Assembly: GCA_946965045.2 (NCBI GenBank)
Contig: OX337232.1
Span: forward strand, 3,348,001 to 3,412,000
Reading direction: 5' to 3'
DNA length: 64,000 nt
Source: Epithemia pelagica
Lineage: Eukaryota; Protista; Bacillariophyta
The notes under the pieces are model-generated. The model saw only the letters and a program-made list of their open reading frames with translations. It did not search any database and was not told the origin of the DNA. Shown here piece after piece: positions 40,996 through 53,310 of the stretch (positions within the stretch are counted from its first letter, which is position 1; each line of letters starts with the position of its first letter). The translations under genes were made by a program, and so were the position numbers.

Positions 40996-42419
40996 ATGTT
41001 CCGCCTCTTCTTCTTGTCCTGGTTGTCGCTGCTGTTGTTTCTGGGTGAAACGAATTTGACACTCTTTGTCAAGGCGGAAGAAAACACCACAGCAGAAGAC
41101 ACCACTCCTACTCCAACAAGTACCCCAACAAGTACTCCTACATCATCACCGACAAGTGAGCCAACTTCTTCTCCGACAGCAGAAGACACCAAAGCAGAAG
41201 ACACCACAGCAGAAGACAGCATTTACAACGTGGCGACGACGGACTTTGGTCTTGTTGAGCGACAAAACGGGCGACGTCGTCTGAACAATGAATCAACTGA
41301 CAACGACAATGACAACATCAATGAAGATGAGGACGACCCATGCGTTGTAACCCAAGGATTGCTGTTTAATGAGATTGACGAAAAGAATATGGTCCAATAT
41401 ACTTTTACTCGAGCCGACGCTGGGGTTTGTACGCAATGTCGGCAAGGAGGAGCTGAAAACATCCGTCGAGTTCTTTTGGCGGCCGGGCTGTGCAACACGG
41501 CTACGCAGCGACATATCTACCGTATCACCCGTGACCTTTACGCTGCCAAAAGCGGATTGTCCACACAGCTTGTGGGTGTCGTTTGTGGCACAGCGGATCC
41601 AATAAACAATGAATGTTCAATCCAAATCTCGATTGGTACTTTGCAACAAATTACGTGCGGATCCAAGCTCTTTTTTATTAAAACCGAGCGAGCATCCGAC
41701 CTTCCCGATGCCGTGGCGTTGGACGCATTCAAGATGGACGATTTGGATCTTCTTGAATTGGTCAAAATCAACGGACCAACCGAAACTAACATTGATCAGC
41801 TGCCCGCTGATAGCACATGCTTTGAGGAAGGCATGACATTTCGTCAGTGCCTTGAGTCCGACGTCAAGTGCCTCGACAAGGCATCACAGGGGCTGGGAAT
41901 TTCTTGTCCCTCCATCAAGCTAGCGTCAACATTTGATGAATTGAAACAACCAGAGGGAGAATCAAGACAACTAGAAACGAGCGAGGAAAAGGAAAGAGAG
42001 AAAATTGGTAAGGAAACCTGGACCAAACTGGGTCTGGAGAGAAAATTGGCATTTCCCTTTGTTCCCATTGTTCTTTTTTTGGTGGAAGTGGTGGCCGGAG
42101 CGGTGGCTGGGGTGCTCGTTGAAATTGCTGTTGATGCTATTATTGAAAAAATATCGAATCCAAATTTGGAACGAGTTGGAAAGCTTGCTCCGGTCATCGT
42201 TTCGATTTCTACAATGACAATGCCGATCCTGACTCGTTTTGTCTTCAAGATACTCCCTGTGTCAACAGTTTTCAAAACCCTGATGGCAATGAGGATGGCA
42301 ATGAGGAAGATTTCAAGTCAAAACGTCCCGGTCTTTTTATTTTTCCGGTGATCTACATTGTGATTGTCTTTTGCTGGTTGCTTGCTTGTCTAGTTGGATG
42401 TTTGCTTGATGGGACTTAA
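40996..42419 (+). CDS. Putative secreted/type-I membrane protein with RXL motifs; probable frameshift at about 42165
   Basis: Signal-peptide-like N-terminus, EDTT/TPTS repeats, Cys-rich domain, motifs RRRL, RQL and RKL. The -1 frame from 42168 reads GTSWKACSG...LFIFPVIYIVIVFCWLLACLVGCLL to TAA at 42417-42419. Confidence 0.6.
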
Positions 42420-43982
42420 TTCCAGAAGGCAGCATTATGATTGGTTGAAACAATGTCTTAAACAATTAAATTCGGTGGAGGCAGTCTCTCCGTATTCCGT
42501 ACTCTAAGCAACGATTGTCAAGTAATGCATGTTTTTAGTCACAATTCAAGCCTATATGGGATGCCACTGTCGCGTTATGGACTATCCAGGACATCTGTGG
42601 GAGCGTGGTATATCATTTTATAGAGCAAGACACAATGCCGATGCAGATAAGCACATTGTATCGTACCAAAGGAACGTGACTGGTTTTGTTATCATGTGTT
42701 AACCACCGGATCAGTCCGAAGCGACGGATCAAGGGGATTTTGTGTGTGGTTCTTGCGTGCGGAACAAAAAAAATAAAAAATGGTACGGTGGCTTCCGTCT
42801 ACGGAGAAAGAGTCCCCCTGCGTGCCACGAACGCGTGCGATCATCCCTGCCAAATACCAAAACCATCGAGTCGCGGAAGTTGTTTTTGTCCGAATCACAC
42901 AAAAATCACAAAACAACGATGGTATTAGATACAACAGCTACACCAAGAATTGATCCTTTCGATACGTAGCATGACAGTTTGAAGAGGCTTGGAGGAGCAC
43001 AAGTGGTGTACGTTTACTGGGAAGGAGGATAGGAATCAACAACACTGCTCCATCAGCACAAACCTTTTGTCACCTTGACCACGAAACCACAAACTCTCTA
43101 TTAGATGACACGACCCATGATACTCCTACCTGTCAAGCAAACGGAAGGGATATCATCATGACGCTGCAGTGACAACCACCACAATGATTCGGCGACGATC
43201 GAGCTGTCGATCCATGCACGGCCGAATAGCCTGGATGGTGATGATAATGGGCATGATCCTTGGCTCGACCGACTGTACCTGCATTCTTTCCGGAACTGGT
43301 TTTGTGCCTCACAACATCACGATCCTCGCGAAACAGAAGCATTCTTTGGACTCAAAACCTTACGAATCGTTGGAGGAACGAGACTCTATCTAGAGGTAAA
43401 GCGACTCGCTCCCTGTTTAGCCTCATGGAACATGGAAGATCAAGCTTTATCGATTAGACCCCTACGCAACCAAGTCGGATTCGAAGTGTATATACTCCTA
43501 GCTAGGTGTAGCTGATCGAGACGTAGACACGAATAGCACAAGTATTAAATTGACTGACGGACAGACGAATTCTGCTGTCGATCAAGCCGCGACTCGTTAT
43601 CCAAAATTTTGAAATTTGAACGAGGGGCGACACCAAAAAAACTTCCTTCCCACACACCATGGTGCACCAGCCGACGGCGAGCGAGAGTGGTATTGAATAC
43701 GAGACTGCGGTGGTCGCCATTCTACGTCCTTTGCAGTCTCTATACTAGAGAGAGTCGCCTGGAATTGTTGACAAAAGGGTGTTTGTAGAGCAGCAGCACA
43801 ATCTCGCGGACCGAGACTGCGCGGCGTCTTGTCGGTCTCTTCGTTGGTCTCGTTTTGCAGTGTTGTTGTTGTTGTTGTTTTTCGAACAACAGAACATTTG
43901 CACTCCTCCTCTGGCACTGGTGCTCCCACAAACACAAAGAACCAACCAAGAGAACTAAATCACTCGACTAGCAATATACACC

Positions 43983-46900
43983 ATGATTGTCGCCTTGCGT
44001 GGTCGATTGGAACGATGTAGTGTGGTGGGAAATCCTCCTCCGGATTCCTCTGGAACCACAACGACTACTACGAATACTACTACGACGACGACGAAGCAAG
44101 AACTAGAAGGAACCACACAACGAACGGAGGAATCCAAATCAGAATCCGGAGGAGACGAAACGACGGTTCCAATCACCACCCCTGGCACAAATCCATCCAC
44201 TTCTACCGCGGCACCGACTGGCACCAGTAGTGCGTCAGGTTCCTCGTCGTCTTCTCACAAGTGGAAGTGGACGGGCTATTGGGCCTTTGGAACGCACCTG
44301 ACGGCCGACCAAGTCCAAGCGCATGAAGCAACGGCGTCGTCGTCATGGCCAGCTTACCCACGAACCACTTCCCCACAAACTCCACAGTTATATGCCTTTA
44401 CCTATACGTGGAATGCCGCCGTCGATCCTTTTGATGTGCAGGTACCCTCCGAACAACAGGCCTATCAAGACTATCAACAACAACAACAAGCCGCGAAAGA
44501 ACAAGCCGCCGCCAAGGACGAAACGGAAGCAACACAACCAGAAGGCAACAACAACTCCAAAAAGAAAAAAGAAAAGTCCGAACAGCACACGGTGGACATG
44601 ACCGAATCCACTACTACGAAATCCACTACTTCGACGACTTCGAAGCCTCCCACGGTTTCCACCTTTGCCGATCATGGCTTTACCGATGCGTCGACCAAAC
44701 ATCATGAGGAGTGTCCCACGGGAGGACAATGGGTCGGACACTTTGAAACGGCACCCACCACCACCACTTTGGGAGCAGGTCGTCGATCGTCGCTGACAGC
44801 ATCCTCCTTGCTGGGTAACGCAGCCACTCCAACCACTTCCGCGCTTCCGCAAATTGCCGAATCCTTTTCCCTCTTTCTCAATGCGACACCACCCAAACAG
44901 GCTCCCATTCAATTTGGCACTCCCCCCGCCGAACCATGCGCAGTGACACCCCCCAACGAACCACCAGCGCCCTTTTATTTGCCATCGTCGGGCTACATTC
45001 ATGCGCGCGGGACGGGGACCAATCAATATGGGACCTTTGAATTGATTGGTTCCTTGGAATTGGCCACGGGGTTGTTGCACTTGCAAAAATGGTATGTCCA
45101 AACGCCCATGACCAGCACCATGACGTCTCGAAGTTCGAGTGTGTCGCGTCGCAGTCCACGGGGAAGGGGACGACGCACCGTGCGATTGTCCGTGGGTGGC
45201 ACTAGCAGCAGTATGACGGCCAATCCCTTGAGTAATACGGCTACTGCTTCAGATGCCGCATCCACCGGGGCTCCCTTGTTGCGAGGAACCCGCAAACGTC
45301 AATTGTCCTGGAAACGACGGAGCATGATGGAAGAGTCCACGAGTATTGCAACGACGACTCCAACTAGTACCGATCCGAATGTCACTGCCGTTCCATCCAA
45401 TGCCACAACGACGACAACGACGAATATGGGTGGTGGAACCACCACCACCGATGCTGCCAGCAGCCACAATAAACGAATGCGGAGCAGCAAACACCCACGC
45501 ACCTCGTCCATGTCCACGGCATCCGTCAGTACCAATGAATTTGCCATGTTGGATGCTTCCATGGACTTGAGCAATCGGAGTGCCGATGATCCAGAGGGGA
45601 CGACGACATTGATGCAAGTGGAAGGCATGGCGCGTGTCGTTGGAGGAGATGCAGGGGATGCCACGCCACGAATGGTCATCGCAACGGATGGGTCCGTGTC
45701 GGCACCACCAGCACCACCACCACCCTTGTCCATTCCGGGACGGTCACAATCGCAAGCCGCACCGCAACCATCGCCCCGAGGCGAGGGTTCGAAACGCACC
45801 AAGTCGTCGTCGAGTCGACGAGGAAGTAGTAGTGGTGGTGGTGGAGTGGCAACCATCCTCTCATCCAATACCAACCAGCAGAACAGCAACAACAACAATA
45901 CACGTGGACCCGTGATTGAATTGCCCCTGGTGGGAGATCCACTCAAGGCTCGTTGGCGGGGTGCCCATTTTTTGTATTATCACAAATCCTCAACACCCGC
46001 CACCGAAGATGCTGTCGGTTCGCAAACGAGCACTACGAATAGTACCAATCCCTCGACGGGAGGTACGGCCACGAATACCGCCGTGTCATCTTCGTCGTCG
46101 GCAGCCGCCACTATCAAATCGGTCGTGTACGAAGGTGAATTGTTGCAAGGACAACGGCATGGACGAGGAGTGTGTTTGTACGACAACAATTTAATTTACG
46201 AAGGCGAATGGCAATTCGACAAGGAACATGGCCATGGCCAATTGTGTACTGGCGATCGCAAACGAATCTTGTACGAAGGAGATTGGGAACGGGGCAAAAT
46301 TCAAGGACGAGGCATTTATTATTATTATAACAACAACAATAATACTACTGCAGGGGATGCACTGCCGCACGAGGCCACGACGGGAGGAAAACGCAAAAAG
46401 TCAATGAGTGGTACTACAACAACAACAACGACGACGACGACACCGGGTATTACTGGACTGAGTGGTAACAACAACAGCAGCATTACGAGCGGAGGCCGAT
46501 CGACGGCCAGTACGACAGGTCCCATGCGGAGTGCTTGTCGCTACGAGGGCGAATTTCGTGAGAATTTGCGTCACGGGTCCGGTATTTATGTCTTGCCCAA
46601 TGGCTCCGTGTACGACGGCCAATGGCGGGATGGGACCATGAATGGTCGTGGCATTTTTCGTTGGCCCGATGGGGAGTCGGTGTACGATGGCGAATGGAAG
46701 GATGGGAAGCGACATGGACAGGGCTTGTTGCGGGCCGCCAATGGCTTTTTGTACGATGGCAATTGGGTCTATAATACCATGGAAGGACGGGGATCGGCCA
46801 CCTATCCGAATGGACAACAATACCACGGCATGTTTAGTCACGGCAAACGCGATGGACGAGGAACCATCATCTTTCCCAATGGGGGAGCCGTCTACGAAGG

Positions 46901-47174
46901 ACGATTCCGAAACGATGCCGTCGATGGACAAGGGACCATGAAAATTCATCAAGCCGTCGTGGTCGTACCACGGGACGAGGACGACGAGGACCCATACAGC
47001 GGCAAGAGTGAGGATCAACGGGCCGGCGGGGAAGGGGTCCAGGTCGTGAACCAGGAGACACGACAGGGGAAAACGACGACTGAACGACCCTTGGATTTTA
47101 TGATTCCCGTATCCTTCCAAAGTGATATGGGACACATTCATCGCAAGGCTGGATTTACAGTAGGAGGCAAATAA
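43983..47174 (+). CDS. MORN-repeat protein with long S/T-rich low-complexity linkers
   Basis: About 10 YxGxWxxGxxHGxG-type repeats from about 46125 to 46940. N-terminal globular patch (GTGTNQYGTFELIG...LQKWY). ATG at 43983. Confidence 0.92.
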   Translation: MIVALRGRLERCSVVGNPPPDSSGTTTTTTNTTTTTTKQELEGTTQRTEESKSESGGDETTVPITTPGTNPSTSTAAPTGTSSASGSSSSSHKWKWTGYWAFGTHLTADQVQAHEATASSSWPAYPRTTSPQTPQLYAFTYTWNAAVDPFDVQVPSEQQAYQDYQQQQQAAKEQAAAKDETEATQPEGNNNSKKKKEKSEQHTVDMTESTTTKSTTSTTSKPPTVSTFADHGFTDASTKHHEECPTGGQWVGHFETAPTTTTLGAGRRSSLTASSLLGNAATPTTSALPQIAESFSLFLNATPPKQAPIQFGTPPAEPCAVTPPNEPPAPFYLPSSGYIHARGTGTNQYGTFELIGSLELATGLLHLQKWYVQTPMTSTMTSRSSSVSRRSPRGRGRRTVRLSVGGTSSSMTANPLSNTATASDAASTGAPLLRGTRKRQLSWKRRSMMEESTSIATTTPTSTDPNVTAVPSNATTTTTTNMGGGTTTTDAASSHNKRMRSSKHPRTSSMSTASVSTNEFAMLDASMDLSNRSADDPEGTTTLMQVEGMARVVGGDAGDATPRMVIATDGSVSAPPAPPPPLSIPGRSQSQAAPQPSPRGEGSKRTKSSSSRRGSSSGGGGVATILSSNTNQQNSNNNNTRGPVIELPLVGDPLKARWRGAHFLYYHKSSTPATEDAVGSQTSTTNSTNPSTGGTATNTAVSSSSSAAATIKSVVYEGELLQGQRHGRGVCLYDNNLIYEGEWQFDKEHGHGQLCTGDRKRILYEGDWERGKIQGRGIYYYYNNNNNTTAGDALPHEATTGGKRKKSMSGTTTTTTTTTTPGITGLSGNNNSSITSGGRSTASTTGPMRSACRYEGEFRENLRHGSGIYVLPNGSVYDGQWRDGTMNGRGIFRWPDGESVYDGEWKDGKRHGQGLLRAANGFLYDGNWVYNTMEGRGSATYPNGQQYHGMFSHGKRDGRGTIIFPNGGAVYEGRFRNDAVDGQGTMKIHQAVVVVPRDEDDEDPYSGKSEDQRAGGEGVQVVNQETRQGKTTTERPLDFMIPVSFQSDMGHIHRKAGFTVGGK

Positions 47175-47437
47175 GTGAGGGTCTACCGAAGGAGCATGGA
47201 GGTTCGTAATGCCCGTGGAATCTTGTTTCGAAGCGCAGGGACTAGGTTGTCCTCTGTCTCTCTCTGTTAGTGCTCCAACTCACGGACCGAGTGGCAGACT
47301 ACACTTTGGTACAATCAAGTTGCCAATCCATGGGCGCTTTTTTGGAAATCTCTCGCACAATTCGCCTCTCACCTACTCGTTCACCGTAGATTCCATGACA
47401 ATCAAGTTATACAAACTATCTCAAGACTGAAACGAAC

Positions 47438-48700
47438 TTAAATCTGCTGACAAAACTTCATGCCCAACAAATGCGTATACACGACCGTGTTCTTGTCCAT
47501 CAAAGACAGTTGTTCACAGGAATTTTCCCCCTCACCTGATATACAGACAGTACCTGTAGAAAGGGCAACACTGCTGTGCCCTTTGCGTGCTACAGTCATT
47601 TGGGGAACATTGTTCCACACTTTGTTGCGTTTCATGTCTACAACGTCAACAGGCGAAGTAAGAGAGCCTCCTCTTATGACCAGACATGATCCAACTCGAA
47701 CCACAGCATGAAGAGAATGATGTCTATTGAAACTCCAGTCTTCCATTAAAGTCCAGGACAAAGAAGGTGGAAACACAGATGTTGCAGTTTCGTTTGTACC
47801 CTCACGGCATGAACCACTCAGTTCCAAGTACTCGAAATTTTTGAAGTCGATAAATTCATCAGGATTACCAGCAAGATAAACGCACGAACCAATGGCAGCT
47901 AGACCTACACCATGACGAGGCACATTCAGTTGCGGGCCTGGAAAGACATGCGGTTGATTTTCTTGGTTGGTGTCGATTATTTCAACGGATGACAAAACTT
48001 GTTCGGTAGTCCATCCGTATCCACCGGCCACAACAATGTACCGGTTGTGAATCACTACAGCTGAACACGCGAATCGTTCTTCCGATAGTCGACACTTCAG
48101 TGCCTTCCATGGGGTCTGTTCACCACTTCTTTTCTTCGAAGAAAATGACAGTAGATCAAGGACGTTGATTCGTTCCATTGTGTCCACGGGCACCTCGCGG
48201 CCGGTACACGTTCCGCCAATGCCATATACATTGCCTGTGCAGACAACAGCAGCAATATCCGCTCTCATCTCATTCATCTTGGGCCCTTCTATCCAGAGTA
48301 TTCAAAAGAAGCACTGAATTCGTTCTACGTCTCTGCATCTGATGTACAATACGAATCAAATCCAAATGGTTTAGTAGACGATCCGGTATGAGTATCGGTC
48401 TATTGCCGCCTAATACCACAACAATTTCTTCGTGGGGATTTTGTGGAGGATGCACTACAACTGAGGCATGCTGGCTCCGCCATCCTCACTAAAAGTGAAG
48501 GTCATTCTTCGTCATTTCTTTTCCATCTTGGTTCTTCTTGATTGTCGCCAAACACAAGACCAGACAAACGCACTTGGTCTTCCTCTTTCATCCTTTTCCA
48601 AATTGTAGCCACGAATGGACTCTGTTTTGTCTTCGATGAACTTCACGATGCGGTGTTCAACAGACTCGCTAATAGTTTCGTTTTGAAAAGCCTGAGGTTC
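47438..48700 (-). pseudogene. Kelch-repeat protein, frameshifted near 48295 (5' limit approximate)
   Basis: R.DIAAVVCTGNVYGIGG, ERFACSAVVIHNRYIVVAGG, PQLNVPRHGVGLAAIGSCVYLAG, W..VPQMTVARKGHSSVAL. An upstream Kelch blade (RSQHASVVV...IVVVLGG...TNSVLLLN) is in a different frame from WIEGPKMNEMR. Confidence 0.75.
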
Positions 48701-49202
48701 CTTGGTGTTCGAGCCTAGAGAGAGTCACCGTGTGGTCTCGCGTTGCGCTCTTTTTTATTGGACTCTACACGAAATTTCTCCACGGTGTGGGATCGAACGA
48801 TCACACGATCGTCCGCGGATTCACGTTCGAGTGCATGCGCGCCGGATTTTCATTGGGATTTTCATGGAGAGCACGTTGGACAGAGGACGCACTACTGACA
48901 GTTGGCCAATCCACATGACAAACAGTGGAAATCAAGAGTTCTTTGGACTCGAAACCTTCCGGAGCGTGGAACGAAGGAGACTATGGAGAGATTCGTTGAC
49001 GGTGTAGCCTCAATGAATAGCAAGGTTTATCAAGACGCAAATATATCTCGAATCTGCTGGATTATAACTGGATAGTATTCATAGACACTAACACAAAATG
49101 TCCTTCGCCAGACAGCGGCTTCCAACTTGTATTGTCATACTCAAGAAAAGATTTCATAGATATGGACTCTCCAGCTTCGCGCTGTAGGTGTGATCAGGAC
49201 GA

Positions 49203-49976
49203 TTAGGACGTCACAAGTTCTCCAATCGAGACAGCATCTTCCTCTTGGTCCTTGTTGTCAGCCTGCATCACGGCATGCATCAAGTTGCGTACCTGGCCAT
49301 TGGGAAACATGGAAAAGGACAAGGAAACCGATCGAAGACGATCCTTGGAAAGAGAATGCAGTTTGCCAACCAAGTCGATCGCTTGCGTGGAGGAATCGCA
49401 CAAACAAATGCTGCGCAAAAAGCCCGATACGGCACTGTGTGGTGCACTCATGGCATCTCGTACTTGTTGAGGTTTCAACTGCTTCATGAGATTCAAGGCG
49501 GTGAAGACCACAGGCATAGAACAAGAGGAGGCTTGTTCATCTTGCAACACCAACAAGGCTTGAACCAGTTGAGACAGTGCAGCCACTCCACCTTGTGAAT
49601 GTTGAATCTCAATCTGTTGCAAGAGCTTCGACCAACCATGCTCGTAGGTGTCGTCATCGTCGTCATTTTCCTGATGCATCCAGAGACGGAGCAAAAAGTA
49701 GACCCAGCGGTTCCGGTCACAAGGAGGACATGCTATCAAGGTCTGTAATAGCACGTCGACTTGGTTGCGCGGCACCTTGATCAAGATAAGCTCCAACATG
49801 CGTCGTCCTTGAGCATCTTCCATCAGTTCCAAGCCGTCTTTATCATCCACGCTTCGTACCCTTGAGAATTTTTCGCCCGATTCGTACTCAAGAAACATTA
49901 TCAAAAGTTTTAATGTGCCAAAGACAGCAGCCATGGCAACCATGTACGAGGAAAGGAAGTCAAGATAAGTGTTCAT
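49203..49976 (-). CDS. Unknown helical family, short type, copy A1 (N-terminal hydrophobic anchor)
   Basis: ATG at 49976. YMVAMAAVFGTLKLLIMFL, then the conserved module LILIKVP...CDRNRW...GWSKLLQQ...QGG.AAL.QLVQALL...AVSGFLRSICLC...LVGKLHSLSKDRLRSVSLSF. Confidence 0.7.
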   Translation of the reverse strand: MNTYLDFLSSYMVAMAAVFGTLKLLIMFLEYESGEKFSRVRSVDDKDGLELMEDAQGRRMLELILIKVPRNQVDVLLQTLIACPPCDRNRWVYFLLRLWMHQENDDDDDTYEHGWSKLLQQIEIQHSQGGVAALSQLVQALLVLQDEQASSCSMPVVFTALNLMKQLKPQQVRDAMSAPHSAVSGFLRSICLCDSSTQAIDLVGKLHSLSKDRLRSVSLSFSMFPNGQVRNLMHAVMQADNKDQEEDAVSIGELVTS

Positions 49977-51068
49977 TGTACCGTGGTTGATCTTGGAATT
50001 ATTGTGAGTGATTTCATCCAAATTGGGTTGATTGAAACGTGTCCCCGCTATCAGACGTGGGGAGCTCATTGGAGTATCCACGCTGAGGACAAAACGTTTT
50101 GCGGCGAAAGAGGTTCTCTCCACACACGTTGGCTGATTGTTCCATTTCCGTAGACCGGTGGAAGTTTTTCAAGGACTAGTACTACACCAGCCCTTCTTTC
50201 AAGACTCATCGAGATGTAATTGGCTGTTTCGCCACCGGACTCGCTTCGAAGCTCTGAACAATATGCGTCTCGGTACCCTGACACACCTTGAACTTAAGAA
50301 CCTCTCAGTTTCGACACTGCGCAAACTTGAAAGAGGCGTCGTATGGCAGTTGGTTGGTGGTCCACCAGGATCTTTTCCCGTTGCAGACTGAGAGAGGAGG
50401 TACGAGAGGCATCACATCTGATGCAGTTCGGTGCGAGAGTCTTTCTTTGGTCTGTTGGCTTACACGAGATTGTTCTTGTCACTTTGTGTCCAATTCGGTG
50501 GTCGCCAGGCGCGTTTGTCTATGTAGACGAGATTCACAAGATCAGTCACGCGCAGTCGCAATCAGATAAGTACACTTTGAGCGTGCTCTCTCTCGTTCGC
50601 TCTCCGCCTCTCCGCGAAGCACTCTGTCGACACCTCTTCTACTTTTACACTTTTCCAAATGCACAAGCGATTCATCTATCCTTCAAGAAATAATGCGAGG
50701 ACAAGCAAGGAAACAAAGCATTTATTTGTAGAAGTATTTGGTGAAATGTTCCGCCGTAGGTTGTGAACAGGTTGTTTGGTACTTCGATGGAGGAGGGCGA
50801 CCATGAAAATTTGTTGATTTAGAATGCGACGAGAGGGAAAACAAGCGTCAGCGGTCAGCGCAGGGACACTCGTTTGTGACGATGGCTGTTCTTTTCGAGT
50901 CTTTCCATGACCCAAAATCTTCCGCGACTGGAAAGAAACGCGAAACTTCATTCCAACACATCTTTCCGAGATCTGCCAGAAAATTTGCTGCCAAGACAAG
51001 CATCCGAAACCAAACGATGAGTATCATAAAACGCAAATCCAAAGGAACCAGAAAGCACAACAAAACAA

Positions 51069-51905
51069 ATGAATTTCTTCGCTCATCAGACGATTCAGCA
51101 TTTGGAAGATGCCAAACAAGTCCTCTTGGATATCGATGCCATTCGAACAGCCCTTCCAAAACTCCAACAGGAGGCACTAGATTACGAAACCAAGATCCAT
51201 GACGCCAAACTGGAGTTAAAGAATATTCTGGAACAAGTATCCCAAGCCAAAGAAGCAGCTGACAAAAATACTCTTCTTGCCACTAATCCAGAATCGAGCA
51301 TCCGTCCTGTTGTCGATCCGTCAGACAATGAAGAGGACGGAGTACATAATCTCGTTACGGAAAATGAAGAAGAAGAAGAAGAAGAAGAAGAAGAAGAAGA
51401 AACACAGTACAACCACGACGTTCTGCGTAGTGTTGTAGTTACAACACCATCTTTGACATGCCACGACGACTTTCTTGAGAGTGCAACTGCAAACGACACA
51501 GAAGATTATACCAACAATATGGTAGCAGGTCTTCTCACCCAACCATTCACAGAGAACAGCAGTCCTTCGCAATCATCCTCTGTAACCATGTCTTCGTCGT
51601 GTTTGATTGCTGACAGCAAGAGCAATGACGTCAGAGGTTTCACATCTCCGCCTCGCATCCAAGCTACTACAGGTTTTGTGATTGAAAGTAAACATGATAA
51701 GTCAAACAAGCATCATGAAGAAGAAGGAGTGAATGTCCATTCCACGACACTTTCCTCTATGCCGAGTTCTTTGTCCTCATCTCGTGCGACAATGCAACTG
51801 AAGAAGGCACACACTGTACGTCGTCGTTGGTCGTCACCTAAAAAGTGGCGGCGGATGATTCGAACCAATCGGCTTCAATCTATGTTCCTGGCTCAAACAT
51901 GTTAA
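51069..51905 (+). CDS. Hypothetical protein with N-terminal coiled coil and poly-Glu tract
   Basis: 278-aa ATG-initiated ORF; heptad-like LQQEALDYETKIHDAKLELKNILEQV. Confidence 0.5.
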   Translation: MNFFAHQTIQHLEDAKQVLLDIDAIRTALPKLQQEALDYETKIHDAKLELKNILEQVSQAKEAADKNTLLATNPESSIRPVVDPSDNEEDGVHNLVTENEEEEEEEEEEEETQYNHDVLRSVVVTTPSLTCHDDFLESATANDTEDYTNNMVAGLLTQPFTENSSPSQSSSVTMSSSCLIADSKSNDVRGFTSPPRIQATTGFVIESKHDKSNKHHEEEGVNVHSTTLSSMPSSLSSSRATMQLKKAHTVRRRWSSPKKWRRMIRTNRLQSMFLAQTC

Positions 51906-52528
51906 TCAAACGACCACAACTGTGCTGGCATACTTACTGTCAATCTTCAACTGCACCATTTCCTATCTTAACAATTATTCATTGCCAAAGTTCGAGTTAT
52001 ATTCAACTCTTGATCGTATCTACAGGGATCGTAGTCTGCTGCGGACTGAATGAAAATGAAGGTTGACCAAGGCGGACACAATTTCTAGATGTCAGGCAAA
52101 TTTTCAAGATTCTATCTGCCTATATCTAGAAACTACCATGTCATCCTTATGTTGTAGATTTGATCATGACCATTTGCGCGTCACGAGTTGGCCACTCCAG
52201 ACATCCTTTCCTTTTAATCAGCCTGTAGCACGACATGTATCAAGTTGCATACTCGACCAACGGGAAACCTAGCAAAGGAAGAGGCAAACTATCAAAGAGG
52301 TCCTTGGAAAGAGACTCGCGCGCACAACCAAGTTAACCCAAATACTCCTAAAACTCAAACCTGCTGGATTATATGATGGATATTATTCCTAGACACTAGA
52401 GCACAAAAATATCCTTCACCAGATAGTGGCCTCCTAGTCGTAGGCTCATACTCAAGTTGGATTTCATAAACTTGACGCCTTATTCTCTCTCTCTCTCAAA
52501 CGTTGCGTTGTACCTGTGATCAAGACGA

Positions 52529-53310
52529 TTAGGACGTCACAAGTTCTCCAATCGAGACAGCATCCTCCCCCTCATGGTCCTTCGTATCAGTTTGCATCAC
52601 GGCATGCATCAAGTTGCGTACCTGACCATTCGGAAACATGGCAAACGACAAGGAAACCGATCGAAGACGATCCTTGGAAAGAACCTGAAGTTTGCCAACC
52701 AAGTCGACAGCTTGCGTGGAGGAATCACACAAACAAATGCTACGCAAAAAGCCCGACACGGCACTTGCACTCATGGCATCTTGTGCTTGTTGAGGTTTCA
52801 ACTGCTTCATGAGATTCAAGGAGGTGACCACATCCTTCATAGAGGATGAGGCTTGCTCATCTTGCAACACCAACAAGGCTTGAACCAATTGATACAGCGC
52901 GCCAGTTCCGCCTTGTGATTGTTGAATCTCAATCTGTTGCAACAGTTTGGACCAACCATGCTGGTAGGTGTCGTCATCGTCGTCATTTTCCTTATGCATC
53001 CAGAGACGGAGCAAAAGTAGACCCACCGGTTCCGGTCACAAGGAGGACATACTTGCAAGGCTTCCATGAACACCTTGACTTGGTTGCGCGGCACCTTGAT
53101 CAAGATGAGCTCCAACATGCGTCGTCCTTGAGCATCCCCCATCAGCTGCATGGTCTTGGGATCATCAGCTTCTGCTTCGTGTGAGATTGTGTTTATCTGT
53201 CCTTTCGGAAAGAATTCGTCATGAACACGCTTAGCGATTCCTATTGTGAGGAGGCAACTCGTAGTAACGACACAGAATTCGGAAATTGCTCTTGGAATTG
53301 GCCCAGGCAT
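52529..53310 (-). pseudogene. Unknown helical family, short type, copy A2; 1-bp deletion in an A-run at about 53013
   Basis: Paralogue of 49203-49976 including flanks (about 49040-50045 versus 52335-53375). GGAGCAAAAGTAG (4 A) here versus GGAGCAAAAAGTAG (5 A) in A1 shifts the frame at NRWVYF. Confidence 0.75.
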
